Positions 10,715 through 20,325 of a stretch of 64,000 nt of DNA are shown here, one piece after another. The notes beneath the pieces were generated by a model that was given only the letters and a program-made list of their open reading frames with translations, was not told the origin of the DNA and searched no databases. A program made the translations under genes and the position numbers. How positions within the stretch are numbered: the first letter of the stretch is position 1; every line of letters starts with the position of its first letter. Origin of the DNA: an uncultured Solirubrobacteraceae bacterium (GTDB lineage: Bacteria > Actinomycetota > Thermoleophilia > Solirubrobacterales > Solirubrobacteraceae); NCBI GenBank assembly GCA_963826345.1, contig CAWGWU010000015.1:40536-104535 (forward strand), read 5' to 3'.

Positions 10715-11289
10715 TGGCCCGCGCGATGGGCGAGCCAACGAGCCGCGAATGGACGGACGTGCTGCTGAGGGCGCTCGGCGAGGCGGGAGGGCCGGGGCCC
10801 GCGCACTTCAACCAGGTGGCGCAGCTCGCCCGCACCACGGCGGAACGCATGGGCGTGCCGGCCGGCGAGATACCGGTGATCGCGCGTGCTGCGCGCCTGC
10901 ACGACGTCGGCAAGGTCGCGATCCCCGCCTCGATCCTCGGCAAGCCCGGGCCGCTCGACGCGGCGGAGTGGGAGACGATGAGAACGCACGCCGAGATCGG
11001 CGAGAGGATCCTCCGCGCCGCCCCGGAGCTGTCCGATGCGGCGCTGCTCGTTCGCCACCACCACGAGCGGCACGATGGAGCGGGCTACCCCGATCGCCTC
11101 GCGGGCGAGCGCGTGCCGGCGGGCTCGCGCGTGATCACCGTGTGCGCGGCGTTCACCGCGATGATGAAGCAGCGCCCGTACAGCGACGCGATAACGGTCG
11201 CGGAGGCGATCGCCGAGCTGCGCCGCTGCGCGGGCACGCAGTTCGACCCGGAGGTGGTCGGGGTTTTCTGCTCCCAGTTCGAGCGGTAG
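10714..11289 (+). CDS. Stand-alone HD-GYP domain protein
   Basis: LHDVGK, HHHERHDGAGYP, RRCAGTQFDP; start may be GTG 10714 or ATG 10726. Confidence 0.88.
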   Translation: MARAMGEPTSREWTDVLLRALGEAGGPGPAHFNQVAQLARTTAERMGVPAGEIPVIARAARLHDVGKVAIPASILGKPGPLDAAEWETMRTHAEIGERILRAAPELSDAALLVRHHHERHDGAGYPDRLAGERVPAGSRVITVCAAFTAMMKQRPYSDAITVAEAIAELRRCAGTQFDPEVVGVFCSQFER

Positions 11290-11344
11290 CCTGCCCGCGA
11301 CCCAGATCGGCGATGATCCGGTCAGCCGCAGCGATGTGACAAGC

Positions 11345-11980
11345 ATGAGCTCGACCACCTGCCAAATCTCAATCTCGCTCGACGGGTTCGTAGCAGGGCC
11401 CAATCAGAGCCCCGAGAACCCGATCGGAGAAGGCGGGATGCGCCTGCACCAGTGGGCATTCGCCACCGACAGCTGGCAGAGACAGCAGGGGCACGGCGGA
11501 GGCGAGCCGGGTCCCGACTCGGAGGTCGTTGACGAGGTCACGCGTGGCGTCGGCGCCTACATCATGGGCCGCAGGATGTTCGGTGGAGGCGATGGGCCGT
11601 GGGACGAGGCATGGACCGGCTGGTGGGGCGAGGACCCGCCTTATCACGTGCCGGTCTTCGTGCTCACACACCACGCGCGCGCAACCCTGCCGATGCAGGG
11701 CGGCACGGTATTCAACTTCGTGAGCGACGGGATCGAGTCCGCGCTGGAGCAGGCCCGGGCGGCCGCCCGCGGCGGGGACGTCGCGATCGCCGGCGGCGCG
11801 AGCACCGTGCGGCAATACCTCGCAGCCGGCCTGCTGGACGAGCTGCACCTTCACATCGTGCCGGTCATCCTCGGAGCCGGAGAGCGGTTGCTGCAGGACG
11901 TCGGCGATCCCACGCTCGAGCTCGTCGGCGTGATCGCCTCACCAGCGGTCACGCACGTCAAGTACAGGATCGTCCACTAG
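11345..11980 (+). CDS. Dihydrofolate reductase/RibD C-terminal family protein
   Basis: SISLDGFVAGP, MGRRMF, IAGGA, GLLDEL...P..LG.G. Confidence 0.9.
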   Translation: MSSTTCQISISLDGFVAGPNQSPENPIGEGGMRLHQWAFATDSWQRQQGHGGGEPGPDSEVVDEVTRGVGAYIMGRRMFGGGDGPWDEAWTGWWGEDPPYHVPVFVLTHHARATLPMQGGTVFNFVSDGIESALEQARAAARGGDVAIAGGASTVRQYLAAGLLDELHLHIVPVILGAGERLLQDVGDPTLELVGVIASPAVTHVKYRIVH

Positions 11981-12025
11981 CCACGCCTCGGCGCCAAGCC
12001 CGCGTCGTTGCGAATGTGCGGCCGA

Positions 12026-12098
12026 TGGAGCTAGGGGGACTCGAACCCCCGACCTCCTGGGTGCGATCCAGGCGCTCTCCCAACTGAGCTATAGCCCC
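12026..12098 (-). tRNA. tRNA-Ala(CGC)
   Basis: GGGGCTATAGCTCAGTTGGGAGAGCG...CCTGG-ATCGCAC-CCAGG...GGTTCGAGTCC...GCTCCA; 73 nt, G3:U70 pair, CCA not encoded. Confidence 0.96.
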
Positions 12099-12186
12099 GC
12101 ACGCGCGACTCGGTACGGGCAGAGCCGGCTGGAGAAGTGTAGACGGATAACGATCGGTGGCGAGGCCAGTATGGTTTCTGTGCGAC

Positions 12187-12636
12187 ATGGGATTGCTAGA
12201 CGACGCCATACGCGAACATCTCGAGCTGAAGCGGCGGCGCGGCGCCGACCCGGGGGAGGTGGCCCGGCAGCAGCGCGAGGCCCTCGATCCGGCAATCGAC
12301 GAGCCGGCCGGCCCCGAGATGGACGGCCCGCAGCTCGAGGAGGGCGAGGAGGATCTCCACGAGCCCTCGCCGCAGGAGCTCGAGCACAGCCCGTCCGATC
12401 CGGATGTGTCCACCGGTCACCCGGTCGACCTGTCGCCCACCGGGCAGGAGACGGCGGAAATCGATATGCGGAGCGTTCTCGAGGCCGCGGATGACCCGTC
12501 CACGGGCGTTTCCCCGGCCGTCGACGTGCCGCCTGGCTCCGAGGAGGCCTCGTTCGCGTGGGAGATGCCAGGGGAGCAGGACTCGGAGCAGCCGCCCGCT
12601 GAAATACCGGGACAGGAACGACTCACGTTCGAGTAG
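12187..12636 (+). CDS. Acidic hypothetical protein
   Basis: MGLLDDAIREHLELKRRRGADP N-terminus followed by an acidic low-complexity tail; divergent from the tRNA. Confidence 0.75.
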   Translation: MGLLDDAIREHLELKRRRGADPGEVARQQREALDPAIDEPAGPEMDGPQLEEGEEDLHEPSPQELEHSPSDPDVSTGHPVDLSPTGQETAEIDMRSVLEAADDPSTGVSPAVDVPPGSEEASFAWEMPGEQDSEQPPAEIPGQERLTFE

Positions 12637-12738
12637 CCCGGGGTCTTCGGGGACTCGAGCGCGAGCGGCCTCCGATGCCGGCGCGGCCATCGCGACAGCC
12701 GTGGCGCCGACCACCGTCTCCAAGCGATACTGCCGTGG

Positions 12739-13182
12739 ATGCAAGCTAGCGCGGACCTCCTCGAGCTGACTCGCAGAATGTACGCGGGCGGCGGCGACCC
12801 GTACTCGCCGGCCAGGGTCGTCGACGCGTTCACGGGCAGCCACGCGCCGGACGTGGTGTGGGAATCCGTGGGACTCGGCACCACCTTCACCGGTCGCGAT
12901 GCAACACGCCAGTTCGTCGGCGACTGGCTCGCGCGCTTCGCCGATTACTCAGTCGACGTCGAGGAGATAGCGGACCTCGGGCACGGGGTCATCTACGCCA
13001 AGAGCTCCCACACCGGCAGGCCGATCGGCAGCGCTCCCCACGCACGCCTTCCGGCGGAGATCCTCGTCCACGTGTACGTCTGGGAGGGGGGAATGATCAC
13101 CCGCGTGATCTCCTCCGGCGACACTCCAGAGGCCCGCGCGAGCGCCGAGCGGCTCGCGTGCGATCGGGGCCTGGCCGGTTGA
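12739..13182 (+). CDS. NTF2/SnoaL-like protein
   Basis: APDVVW...F.GRDA...VEEI.DLG.G...VYVWEGG.I pattern. Confidence 0.75.
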   Translation: MQASADLLELTRRMYAGGGDPYSPARVVDAFTGSHAPDVVWESVGLGTTFTGRDATRQFVGDWLARFADYSVDVEEIADLGHGVIYAKSSHTGRPIGSAPHARLPAEILVHVYVWEGGMITRVISSGDTPEARASAERLACDRGLAG

Positions 13183-13210
13183 TTCAGCCCCAGGTTCACC
13201 GAGGACTCTC

Positions 13211-14413
13211 CTACACCTCACAGACAGCGATCGCGGGCGCGTCACGACGCGCCTTCTCCGTCGCCGTCGGCAGGTCCGCGAGCGGGGTGTACGTGATCCG
13301 GTCCGGGTCTAGGCCGAGCACGGTCGCGTCCTCGGGTTCTAGGCGCTCGATCAGATCCTTGGAAGCGAGAATCCGCCCGCCGGTGGCACAAGCCTCGATC
13401 CGCGCGCCCTCGTTGACCTCATCACCCAGCGCCGTCACCTCAGAGCGACCGCTCGTGGTGATCTGCCCGACGTAGAGGGTTGAACCCCAATGGAGGCCAA
13501 AGCGCAGCGTCAGCTCGTCCGGGGCGAGTTCACTGCGAGCGGCGACATCCTGCATCGCCTCCCTGAGCGCGCGGGCGGCCTGGATGCACGATCGTGCAGC
13601 AGCAGACTCCGACCCAGCTGTCTCGGCGAGGAAGAAGGCGACGACGCCGTCTCCGACGTGGCGGCCGACCAAGCCCCCAGCGTCGATCACACACTGGTCC
13701 GCGACACGGGCCATACGCCTGCCGAGCGAGAAGTAGCTGGCAGTCGAGAGCCGACGCGACAGCGGAGAGGAGGACTCCAGGTCGGCGAACAGGATCGCGG
13801 CGGGTCGCCGCCCCGGTTTAGCGACGCGCTCCATTCGCTCGAAGTGACGCATGTCTCCCATCGCGGTGATGCGCGAAAGCAGCGCCATGCCCACGGCGGG
13901 CTTGCTGACAGCAACGTTGCCCACGTACCTTCCCGACGCATCGCGCAGAGCTACAACGGTGGTCAGGATTTCCACGCCCGCACCCGCGCCTGTGTACAGA
14001 CCGTGGAAACGAACCGTCGCAACTGGCGGACGCTCAACGGGCGACATGTCCTCGAGGATGTCGTGCAGCCGAGGGTCCACCAAGTCCCGCGCTTCCTCGC
14101 GTCCGCCGGGAGTCTCCGCGAGAAGCCAGGGTCCGTAGAGCGGGAACGCCCTGCGGATGACCTCCAACGGGAACTGTCCACCGCGCCACCCGATCTTGAT
14201 GTCGTTGGCCTCAGAGCCCCAGGCGTGCAGTCCGAGCGGTACGCGCGCAGGCTCGACCCTGCCACCGTAGATCAGGCGGACCTCGTCGGTCATGAAGACA
14301 AACCGGCCGGCGGCATCGAAGACCTCCGCCCACTGACCGGCCTCGTTCAGCGCCGCCGCTGCCGCCGCGAGCACCGGGTCATGTGGCAGCGGACACGTCT
14401 CATTGGCCCCCAT
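13211..14413 (-). CDS. Class III adenylate/guanylate cyclase domain protein
   Basis: ILFADL, VGDGVVAFF, RFGLHWG, LGDEVNEGARIE; TAGAGT box 7 nt upstream of ATG. Confidence 0.88.
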   Translation of the reverse strand: MGANETCPLPHDPVLAAAAAALNEAGQWAEVFDAAGRFVFMTDEVRLIYGGRVEPARVPLGLHAWGSEANDIKIGWRGGQFPLEVIRRAFPLYGPWLLAETPGGREEARDLVDPRLHDILEDMSPVERPPVATVRFHGLYTGAGAGVEILTTVVALRDASGRYVGNVAVSKPAVGMALLSRITAMGDMRHFERMERVAKPGRRPAAILFADLESSSPLSRRLSTASYFSLGRRMARVADQCVIDAGGLVGRHVGDGVVAFFLAETAGSESAAARSCIQAARALREAMQDVAARSELAPDELTLRFGLHWGSTLYVGQITTSGRSEVTALGDEVNEGARIEACATGGRILASKDLIERLEPEDATVLGLDPDRITYTPLADLPTATEKARRDAPAIAVCEV

Positions 14414-14568
14414 CGGCGCGACTCTACACGCGAGCCCGCGCCCACTCTGGCCCCCGGATCCAGGCAGAGTCAGGCAGCGGCCGTGCATCAGGACCCTCCC
14501 GCGCCGCCATGCCAGCAACCCGCCGGGCGGCGAAATCCCGCGCTGCAGCGCGTATATTGGGACCTCAA

Positions 14569-14641
14569 GGGGCCATAGCTCAGCTGGGAGAGCGCCTGCT
14601 TTGCAAGCAGGAGGTCACCGGTTCGATCCCGGTTGGCTCCA
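14569..14641 (+). tRNA. tRNA-Ala(TGC)
   Basis: GGGGCCATAGCTCAGCTGGGAGAGCG...CCTGC-TTTGCAA-GCAGG...GGTTCGATCCC...GCTCCA; 73 nt. Confidence 0.97.
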
Positions 14642-14928
14642 TTTCTGAAAGGCGTGCAGCGCAGCTCGTGGACGTTCGGACCCGGCGCACTGGTCGCAGC
14701 TCTCGCCGCCTCGCGCCTACGCCAAGAGTGCGTAGCTGGCTACAACTGGCGAGCTGGACCCAGTAGTACGGTTTTGCAGGGAGTTTGCCTACTGGCGTCT
14801 CGCCCCAGCGTGCCTGGAAGTCAGCGTGCCCGAGGGGTGTCGCTGGGAGACCCGGAAACGAGAGTAGCCTTGCCGGCCGTTGGATTGACAACCGAGGATG
14901 GGGCGATGAGGTGGACAGGCGTACCGAC

Positions 14929-16365
14929 ATGAAATCGTTTTGCGCGAGCACGGCCAGCATCGTGGGCACTCGTCACTCGCGCGGCCCGGGCGGCAGTGCC
15001 ATCCCGGCGCTTCTGGCCATGGCGGCTCTGGTGCTTGCGCTACGACTGGCACTCCCCGCGATCGCTGCCGCGAACGCTAACTTCGTTGGCACCTGGAATC
15101 CCAGCAACCACCAGCCCTGGACGGTCGCCTCGCAGGAAGCAGGCGGGGCCTGTACCGGCACGACCTCGCTCTCGGGCTTCAGGTTCACCGCATGTCAGGT
15201 CAACGGCAACGAATACAAATTCGACGTTGACCAGGAAGGCACGTCCTACGAATCGCACAACCGCGGGACAATCGAAGGCAACAAGCTCACCGGCGAATTC
15301 AGCGACACCAACGGAAGCCACTCCACCTACACGGCCGTGCGGGCTGGAGGCTCCACGACGGGGACGCCCGGCACGGCGAACGAACCGCCGCCGTCGTTTG
15401 TCCTCTGCGTGCCGTCGGACTGCACGGGCCTCAGCCTTGCGTTCCCGACTACGCTCTCGCCGGAAACGCCGATCACGCTGAGCGTCGCCTGCGGAGCAGA
15501 AGAAGCACGTGCGAGCCGGCACTCCGGGCCTGTGGCCGTCGCAGCCGAAGGGCCTTCCTGCCAGCGGGCGGCGTTTCTACGTAACCTCACGATGATGACG
15601 CGGATCAGCGTGCAGCAGCATCCCGAACCCTCGTCCCCCTACTCGGTGAAGGAGGCACGCGAGATCAAACAGGCGCTCACCGATCTGAGTACCACCGACC
15701 CGAACGCAGCTGTGCAGAGCGCTGCCCGGAAGCTTTCGACCGATCCCACCCTCACCCCGAACGCCCAAACGACAAGCGACGTCGAAGTGCTTCTGAAGGC
15801 GCTGGGCCACGCGGCCGAAAGCGGCGAAGGCGATCCGGGCCTGATCGAGGTCGACGGCTCACTCGCCGACAGCTTCACCGAATCGAGCGCCTCCGAAGCA
15901 GCGGTCGCATCGTCGGTGGCGGCTGACCGGAGCACCGGCGCAAGAGCCGCATCTGTTTCGCATCTGAACACGGCCGCTACCCTCGCCGCGCTGGTCGCTC
16001 GCCATCCAAACGCAGCCGACGGGCGAGCGTTCAACCAGGCCGTCGCCCTCGCCTCGGCGCCGCAGCCGACGGCTGCGCGAGGCACCGCTCGGCTGACGCT
16101 GGCGCTCGGCTTCGCGCTCGCGGTGCGCCTGAGCAGCCACGCCTCGCACGGCCATCGCTCAGCGGCGATCGGCAGTGCAACAGTGCAACGGCCCAAACAT
16201 GCCAGGACGACCCTAACCATCCACCCGACGGTCGAAGGCGAGCGGTTGCTCCGCGAGCTCGAGATCGTCGGACTGTCCCAGCCGGAGCATGTGTCCGTCG
16301 AACTGTCTGAGCGCGTCGGGAAAGGTCGGGTACACCGATCCACTCGCTCGGTTCGCGTCATCTGA
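14929..16365 (+). CDS. Secreted hypothetical protein
   Basis: Signal-like segment (ALVLALRLALPAIAAANA), small Cys-containing beta domain and basic beta-rich C-terminus; start uncertain. Confidence 0.65.
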   Translation: MKSFCASTASIVGTRHSRGPGGSAIPALLAMAALVLALRLALPAIAAANANFVGTWNPSNHQPWTVASQEAGGACTGTTSLSGFRFTACQVNGNEYKFDVDQEGTSYESHNRGTIEGNKLTGEFSDTNGSHSTYTAVRAGGSTTGTPGTANEPPPSFVLCVPSDCTGLSLAFPTTLSPETPITLSVACGAEEARASRHSGPVAVAAEGPSCQRAAFLRNLTMMTRISVQQHPEPSSPYSVKEAREIKQALTDLSTTDPNAAVQSAARKLSTDPTLTPNAQTTSDVEVLLKALGHAAESGEGDPGLIEVDGSLADSFTESSASEAAVASSVAADRSTGARAASVSHLNTAATLAALVARHPNAADGRAFNQAVALASAPQPTAARGTARLTLALGFALAVRLSSHASHGHRSAAIGSATVQRPKHARTTLTIHPTVEGERLLRELEIVGLSQPEHVSVELSERVGKGRVHRSTRSVRVI

Positions 16366-16668
16366 CCTCGCGACCACCGCCCGTCACGGCAGGAGCTGCT
16401 CGTCGTCGTCACGGCGTCGTGGAGGCCACGATGCCTTGAGCGGAGAACCCCCTGACCCCAGTGAGCGCCGAGCAGACGAGGGCGAACCTGCGAGCAACGA
16501 GCCTGATCGCCGATCACGCCTTCCTCCGCCGCGTAGCGTTAACGACGAGTCTCGTGTCGATCCGACGACAGGCCTGCTCTTTGGCGGTGTGCAGATTGAG
16601 GCGGCTCGCAGCCCCCGTGCAGCGCCTGCAGCGTCGTCAGGTCCTCGGGCCATTCAAGCTCGGGCCAG

Positions 16669-17121
16669 CTACCGGCCCGGAAACCCGAGACGCGTCAAGA
16701 CTATGAGAAAGTCGGCTGCTTTCGCGAGGGCGCGGTAGTGCCCGCGTCGGTTGTCGCGGGGCCTACGGCGTACCGACCCGCGAGCCACCCGAACGAACCG
16801 CGGCGAGATGCCGGCCACGTTCGAGCTCAAGCACTTCTTGACTGACCCCCACCGCACCGGCTCGTCGAGCAGAACCTCAACGGCGCGATGCAGCTCGCGC
16901 GCTCGCATCGGCTCTTACTGGTCCGCGAGGACACGAATGACCGCCTCCAGCACCCAGTCGTGCCGGCGGTGCCTTGACCCGATTGGCGCACCCGCCAGCT
17001 CGGTGGCGCTGCCATCAGGGCGATCTTTGGCGCCGGTACGCTCGACGCGATCATCCGAGCGGCCTTGCAGCAAGGCTTCCAGGGGGCGCGGAGGGTTGGA
17101 ATGGTGTCCGGTTAGGTCCAT
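16669..17121 (-). pseudogene. Degenerate winged-HTH-like gene with an in-frame stop
   Basis: ORFs 16915..17121 and 16669..16908 are in the same frame, separated by one TAA (...VLEAVIRVLADQ*EPMRARELHRAVEVLL...). Confidence 0.45.
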
Positions 17122-17337
17122 TCATTGTCGTTACTACAACGAGCCTCCTGCAAACCGCCACCTTCTGATGTCCGGTCGCTCGGGGTGGAGGCGAGGCGCA
17201 TACGAACGGGTGTCGCGCGTTCCCAAGGAGCTCGCACGCGCGTCACCGATCGTCGGAGCGGCTCATGCCGACCTGTTCGCGCTCGCTATTCACGAAGCGA
17301 GCGCGCCACCCGCGAGTGGCGAGTCGCCTCCTACCCG

Positions 17338-17691
17338 TCACATTGACGCCTGATCTCCCCTACGGATGAGACTCTCGACTTCGTTTAGCTTGGCGGAACT
17401 CAACGTCGCCACGTTCTCAACCAGGTCCTCTAGCGACAAGGTGACGCTCCACGTGCAGTTGATCTGCCCTGCCCTGGGCAGTGCCACTCGGACGACATAG
17501 CCGTTGAGTCCGAGGTCAACCTCTGCGGCCACACCCGAGACGTCTTCGTCGGCTTGCTCGACAGCCACCACACACCGAAGGTCGTCATTGGCACGTCTGG
17601 AAAGCACGACCGCTGGTCGAAGGTGGTCGAGTGCCACCGTCCAGATATCACCGGGATTGATAACCGCGTCGGTCCTGGGAATCTGTTTCAT
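17338..17691 (-). CDS. PemK/MazF-like protein (divergent, no adjacent antitoxin)
   Basis: GDIW.V....RPAVVLS N-terminal motif and L...VATLS..KL.EV C-terminal pattern. Confidence 0.6.
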   Translation of the reverse strand: MKQIPRTDAVINPGDIWTVALDHLRPAVVLSRRANDDLRCVVAVEQADEDVSGVAAEVDLGLNGYVVRVALPRAGQINCTWSVTLSLEDLVENVATLSSAKLNEVESLIRRGDQASM

Positions 17692-17864
17692 GGCGTCGTT
17701 GTAGTGGCTTTGAGCCGTCCCGCGTTCCACGGAGATGGTGATCTGACCCGCAGCGTTCGTCCGTCGCGCGAGCGGTCGCTGGAGTGGCTCGGGGTCCGCT
17801 GGGGCGTTAGGCAGTGCGCCCGCATCCCTGGTACCAGTTGGGTGCGGGGCGTGCCGCCATCGTG

Positions 17865-18326
17865 TCAGTTTCCCACGGCAAATCCGGGGCCGGGAGTGAC
17901 GCCGATCTGGTCCATGGCTGGATGCTCACCGCACTCGCTGCAGACGAGTTGAAGCTCGATCTCTCCGCCGCAGTCATCGTGCCTGTAGATGATCGGCGGC
18001 CCGCTCGGTGCCGCCCACCGGTCCCCCCAGATCGTGAGCGCGATCACTGCCGGCTTCAAATCGAGTCCCTTCTGGGTGAGTTGGTACTCGTGATACGCGC
18101 CGCTCTCTGGCGGGCGGCGTGTCATGAGCCCGGCCTCCACGAAACCATCGAGTCGGGTGGCGAGGACATTCCGCGCGAGGCCGAGGGCACGCTGAAAGTC
18201 GCTGAAGCGGGTGGTGCCACGAAACAGCGCGTCGCGGATGATCAGCAGGCTCCAGCGCTCGCCGATCACCTCCAGGGCGCGGGCCGCTGAGCAGTTCTCG
18301 GACTCGTATGTATTTCCCAGCGCCAT
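17865..18326 (-). CDS. HxlR-family winged-helix regulator
   Basis: CSAARALEVIGERWSLLIIRD...RFSDFQ...EYQLT.KG...WGDRW; C-terminal H..CG...C..CG. Confidence 0.92.
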   Translation of the reverse strand: MALGNTYESENCSAARALEVIGERWSLLIIRDALFRGTTRFSDFQRALGLARNVLATRLDGFVEAGLMTRRPPESGAYHEYQLTQKGLDLKPAVIALTIWGDRWAAPSGPPIIYRHDDCGGEIELQLVCSECGEHPAMDQIGVTPGPGFAVGN

Positions 18327-18349
18327 CGTGCCAACAATCTTAGCAATGC

Positions 18350-18411
18350 GGTTGCGTGACGCAACCAGCATGTGCTACTCTCCCGAACTGGTCTCGTCAT
18401 GCAACCAGTTC
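18350..18411. promoter_or_regulatory. Two GGT-N11-ACC inverted repeats, probable HxlR operators
   Basis: GGTTGCGT-G-ACGCAACC (18350-18366) and GAACTGGT-N11-ACCAGTTC (18385-18411) in the divergent intergenic region. Confidence 0.65.
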
Positions 18412-18480
18412 TGATGCGTGGCTCGCCCTGATCGAGGCGCACCAATGCCTTCCACCCAACACATCAAGGAGGAGCAGTCC

Positions 18481-19206
18481 ATGACAACTGCAGAGCAAAC
18501 AGTTCTCGTCACCGGGGCCAATCGCGGCATCGGGCAGGCGCTCGTCGCCGAGGCCCTGCGCCGAGGCGCCAAGCGCGTTTATGCCGGCACGCGTAAGCCG
18601 TTCGCCCCCCCAAGCGCGCTGGTCACGCCGCTGACATTGGACGTCACCGATGCCGCGCAGATCCGGGCAGCCGCCGAGGAAGTCGAGTCCCTGGACCTCC
18701 TCATCAACAACGCAGGCATCGCTCTCTACGACGACCTCAGCGATCGCGGCTTACTCGAACAGCACCTGGCGGTCAACCTGTTCGGCACGCTCGACGTCAC
18801 CCAGGCATTCCTGCCGGCGCTTGCGCGCGCTGGAGGAGCCGTCGTCAACCATGTATCGATGATGGCGCTGGCGCCGTTCCCGCTCACTCCGTCCTACGCG
18901 ATCTCCAAGGCGGCGGCGTTCAACCTGACCCAGTCGCTGCGCGCGCTCCTGGCCGGACAGGGCGTCGAGGTTCATGCGGTACTGACCGGCCCGACAGACA
19001 CCGACATGACTCGAGGCTTTGAGATACCGAAGGCCTCTCCGAAGTCGGTTGCGCGAGGCATCTTCGATGGCCTCGAGAACGGGGAGCAGGAGATCTTCCC
19101 GGACCCGATGTCGCAGACCCTCGCGGACAGTTGGCGAAGTGGCCCGGTGAAGGCTTTTGAGCGCGAGAGCGCGGCGCTTGTAGCAGCAGCGCCTGTCGCG
19201 TCCTAG
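18481..19206 (+). CDS. SDR oxidoreductase
   Basis: TGANRGIG, NNAG, YAISK; AAGGAGGAG RBS upstream. Confidence 0.92.
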   Translation: MTTAEQTVLVTGANRGIGQALVAEALRRGAKRVYAGTRKPFAPPSALVTPLTLDVTDAAQIRAAAEEVESLDLLINNAGIALYDDLSDRGLLEQHLAVNLFGTLDVTQAFLPALARAGGAVVNHVSMMALAPFPLTPSYAISKAAAFNLTQSLRALLAGQGVEVHAVLTGPTDTDMTRGFEIPKASPKSVARGIFDGLENGEQEIFPDPMSQTLADSWRSGPVKAFERESAALVAAAPVAS

Positions 19207-19297
19207 CCACGGCAGGAGATCTGGTCTGAAAACCCGGCGCGACCCGTGGGCCGCGCGTTCGATGTCGTCGATCCAACTACTGAAAGAGGAACTACCC

Positions 19298-20044
19298 ATG
19301 ATGAAGATGCCGCCGGTCGTCTCGCCCGAGGCGTGGGACAACGCTTGGGAGGAATTGCTGGTCGAGGAGAAGGCGCTGATACGCGCAGGCGATGCGTTGG
19401 CCGCCAAGCGCCGCCGCATGCCGCGGATGGAAGTCGAGAAGGAGTACCGCTTCGAAGGCCCCAGCGGGCCGGTGGGTCTGGGGGACCTCTTCGAGGGGCG
19501 GCGCCAGCTGATCGTGTACCGGTTCTTCTTCGAGCCCGGCGTGGACGGCTGGCCCGAGCACGGCTGCCGCGGCTGCTCCTTGGCCGCCGGCGACCAGATC
19601 GCTCACCTCGCCCACCTCAACGCGCGCGACACCACGCTGGTGTTCGTCTCGCGTGCCCCACAGGCCGACATCGAGCGCTGGAAGGCGAGGATGGGCTGGC
19701 AGCACATCCCGTGGTACACGCTCACCGACGACTTCGATGCCGACTTCGGGGTCGACGAATGGCACGGCACCAACGCGTTTTTCCGCGACGACGAGGACCG
19801 CGTCTTTCGCACGTACTTCATCAACAAGCGCGGCGACGAGGCGATGGGCGGCACGTGGGCATATCTGGACATCACCGCGCTCGGACGCCAGGAGGACTGG
19901 GAGGACTCACCGGAGGGCTACCCGCAGACCAAACCGTACGGGTGGTGGAATCTCCACGACGAGTACGACAACGCCACCGTCTTCGAGGCCGCCCTCTCAC
20001 AAGCGGCCGCCGCGCAGCGCGGTACGAGCAACTCGAACAAATGA
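19298..20044 (+). CDS. DUF899 family (thioredoxin-like) protein
   Basis: LAAKRRRMP, DLFEGRRQL, GCRGCS, LDITALGRQEDWE. Confidence 0.92.
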   Translation: MMKMPPVVSPEAWDNAWEELLVEEKALIRAGDALAAKRRRMPRMEVEKEYRFEGPSGPVGLGDLFEGRRQLIVYRFFFEPGVDGWPEHGCRGCSLAAGDQIAHLAHLNARDTTLVFVSRAPQADIERWKARMGWQHIPWYTLTDDFDADFGVDEWHGTNAFFRDDEDRVFRTYFINKRGDEAMGGTWAYLDITALGRQEDWEDSPEGYPQTKPYGWWNLHDEYDNATVFEAALSQAAAAQRGTSNSNK

Positions 20045-20325
20045 TTGTTGCTCACATCGCAGGCATACCGGTCGAGGAGACGTTGCCATGGGTGATCGGC
20101 CCGGGCGCAGCGTTGTCTCTGACGCGAGTCTGGCTGGCCACATCCCTGCGACGCCGGCGCGTAGCGAGCGACAACCGGGGCCAAACCCGGACGCCGCCAG
20201 TGCCCGCAGCGACCGCCGTGCCGCGCGGCGGAGACGAACGGCGGACGCCGGACCGCCTGAGCCCGTGCTCCGGACGAGCTCAGGGCGTTCTGAAGGACGA
20301 ACCGAAAGCAGGCGCCCATGAGTAA
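20041..20325 (+). CDS. Small hypothetical membrane-associated protein
   Basis: ATGA overlap with the DUF899 stop; AHIAGIPVEETL followed by a hydrophobic stretch; fills the operon gap. Confidence 0.45.
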   Translation: MIVAHIAGIPVEETLPWVIGPGAALSLTRVWLATSLRRRRVASDNRGQTRTPPVPAATAVPRGGDERRTPDRLSPCSGRAQGVLKDEPKAGAHE

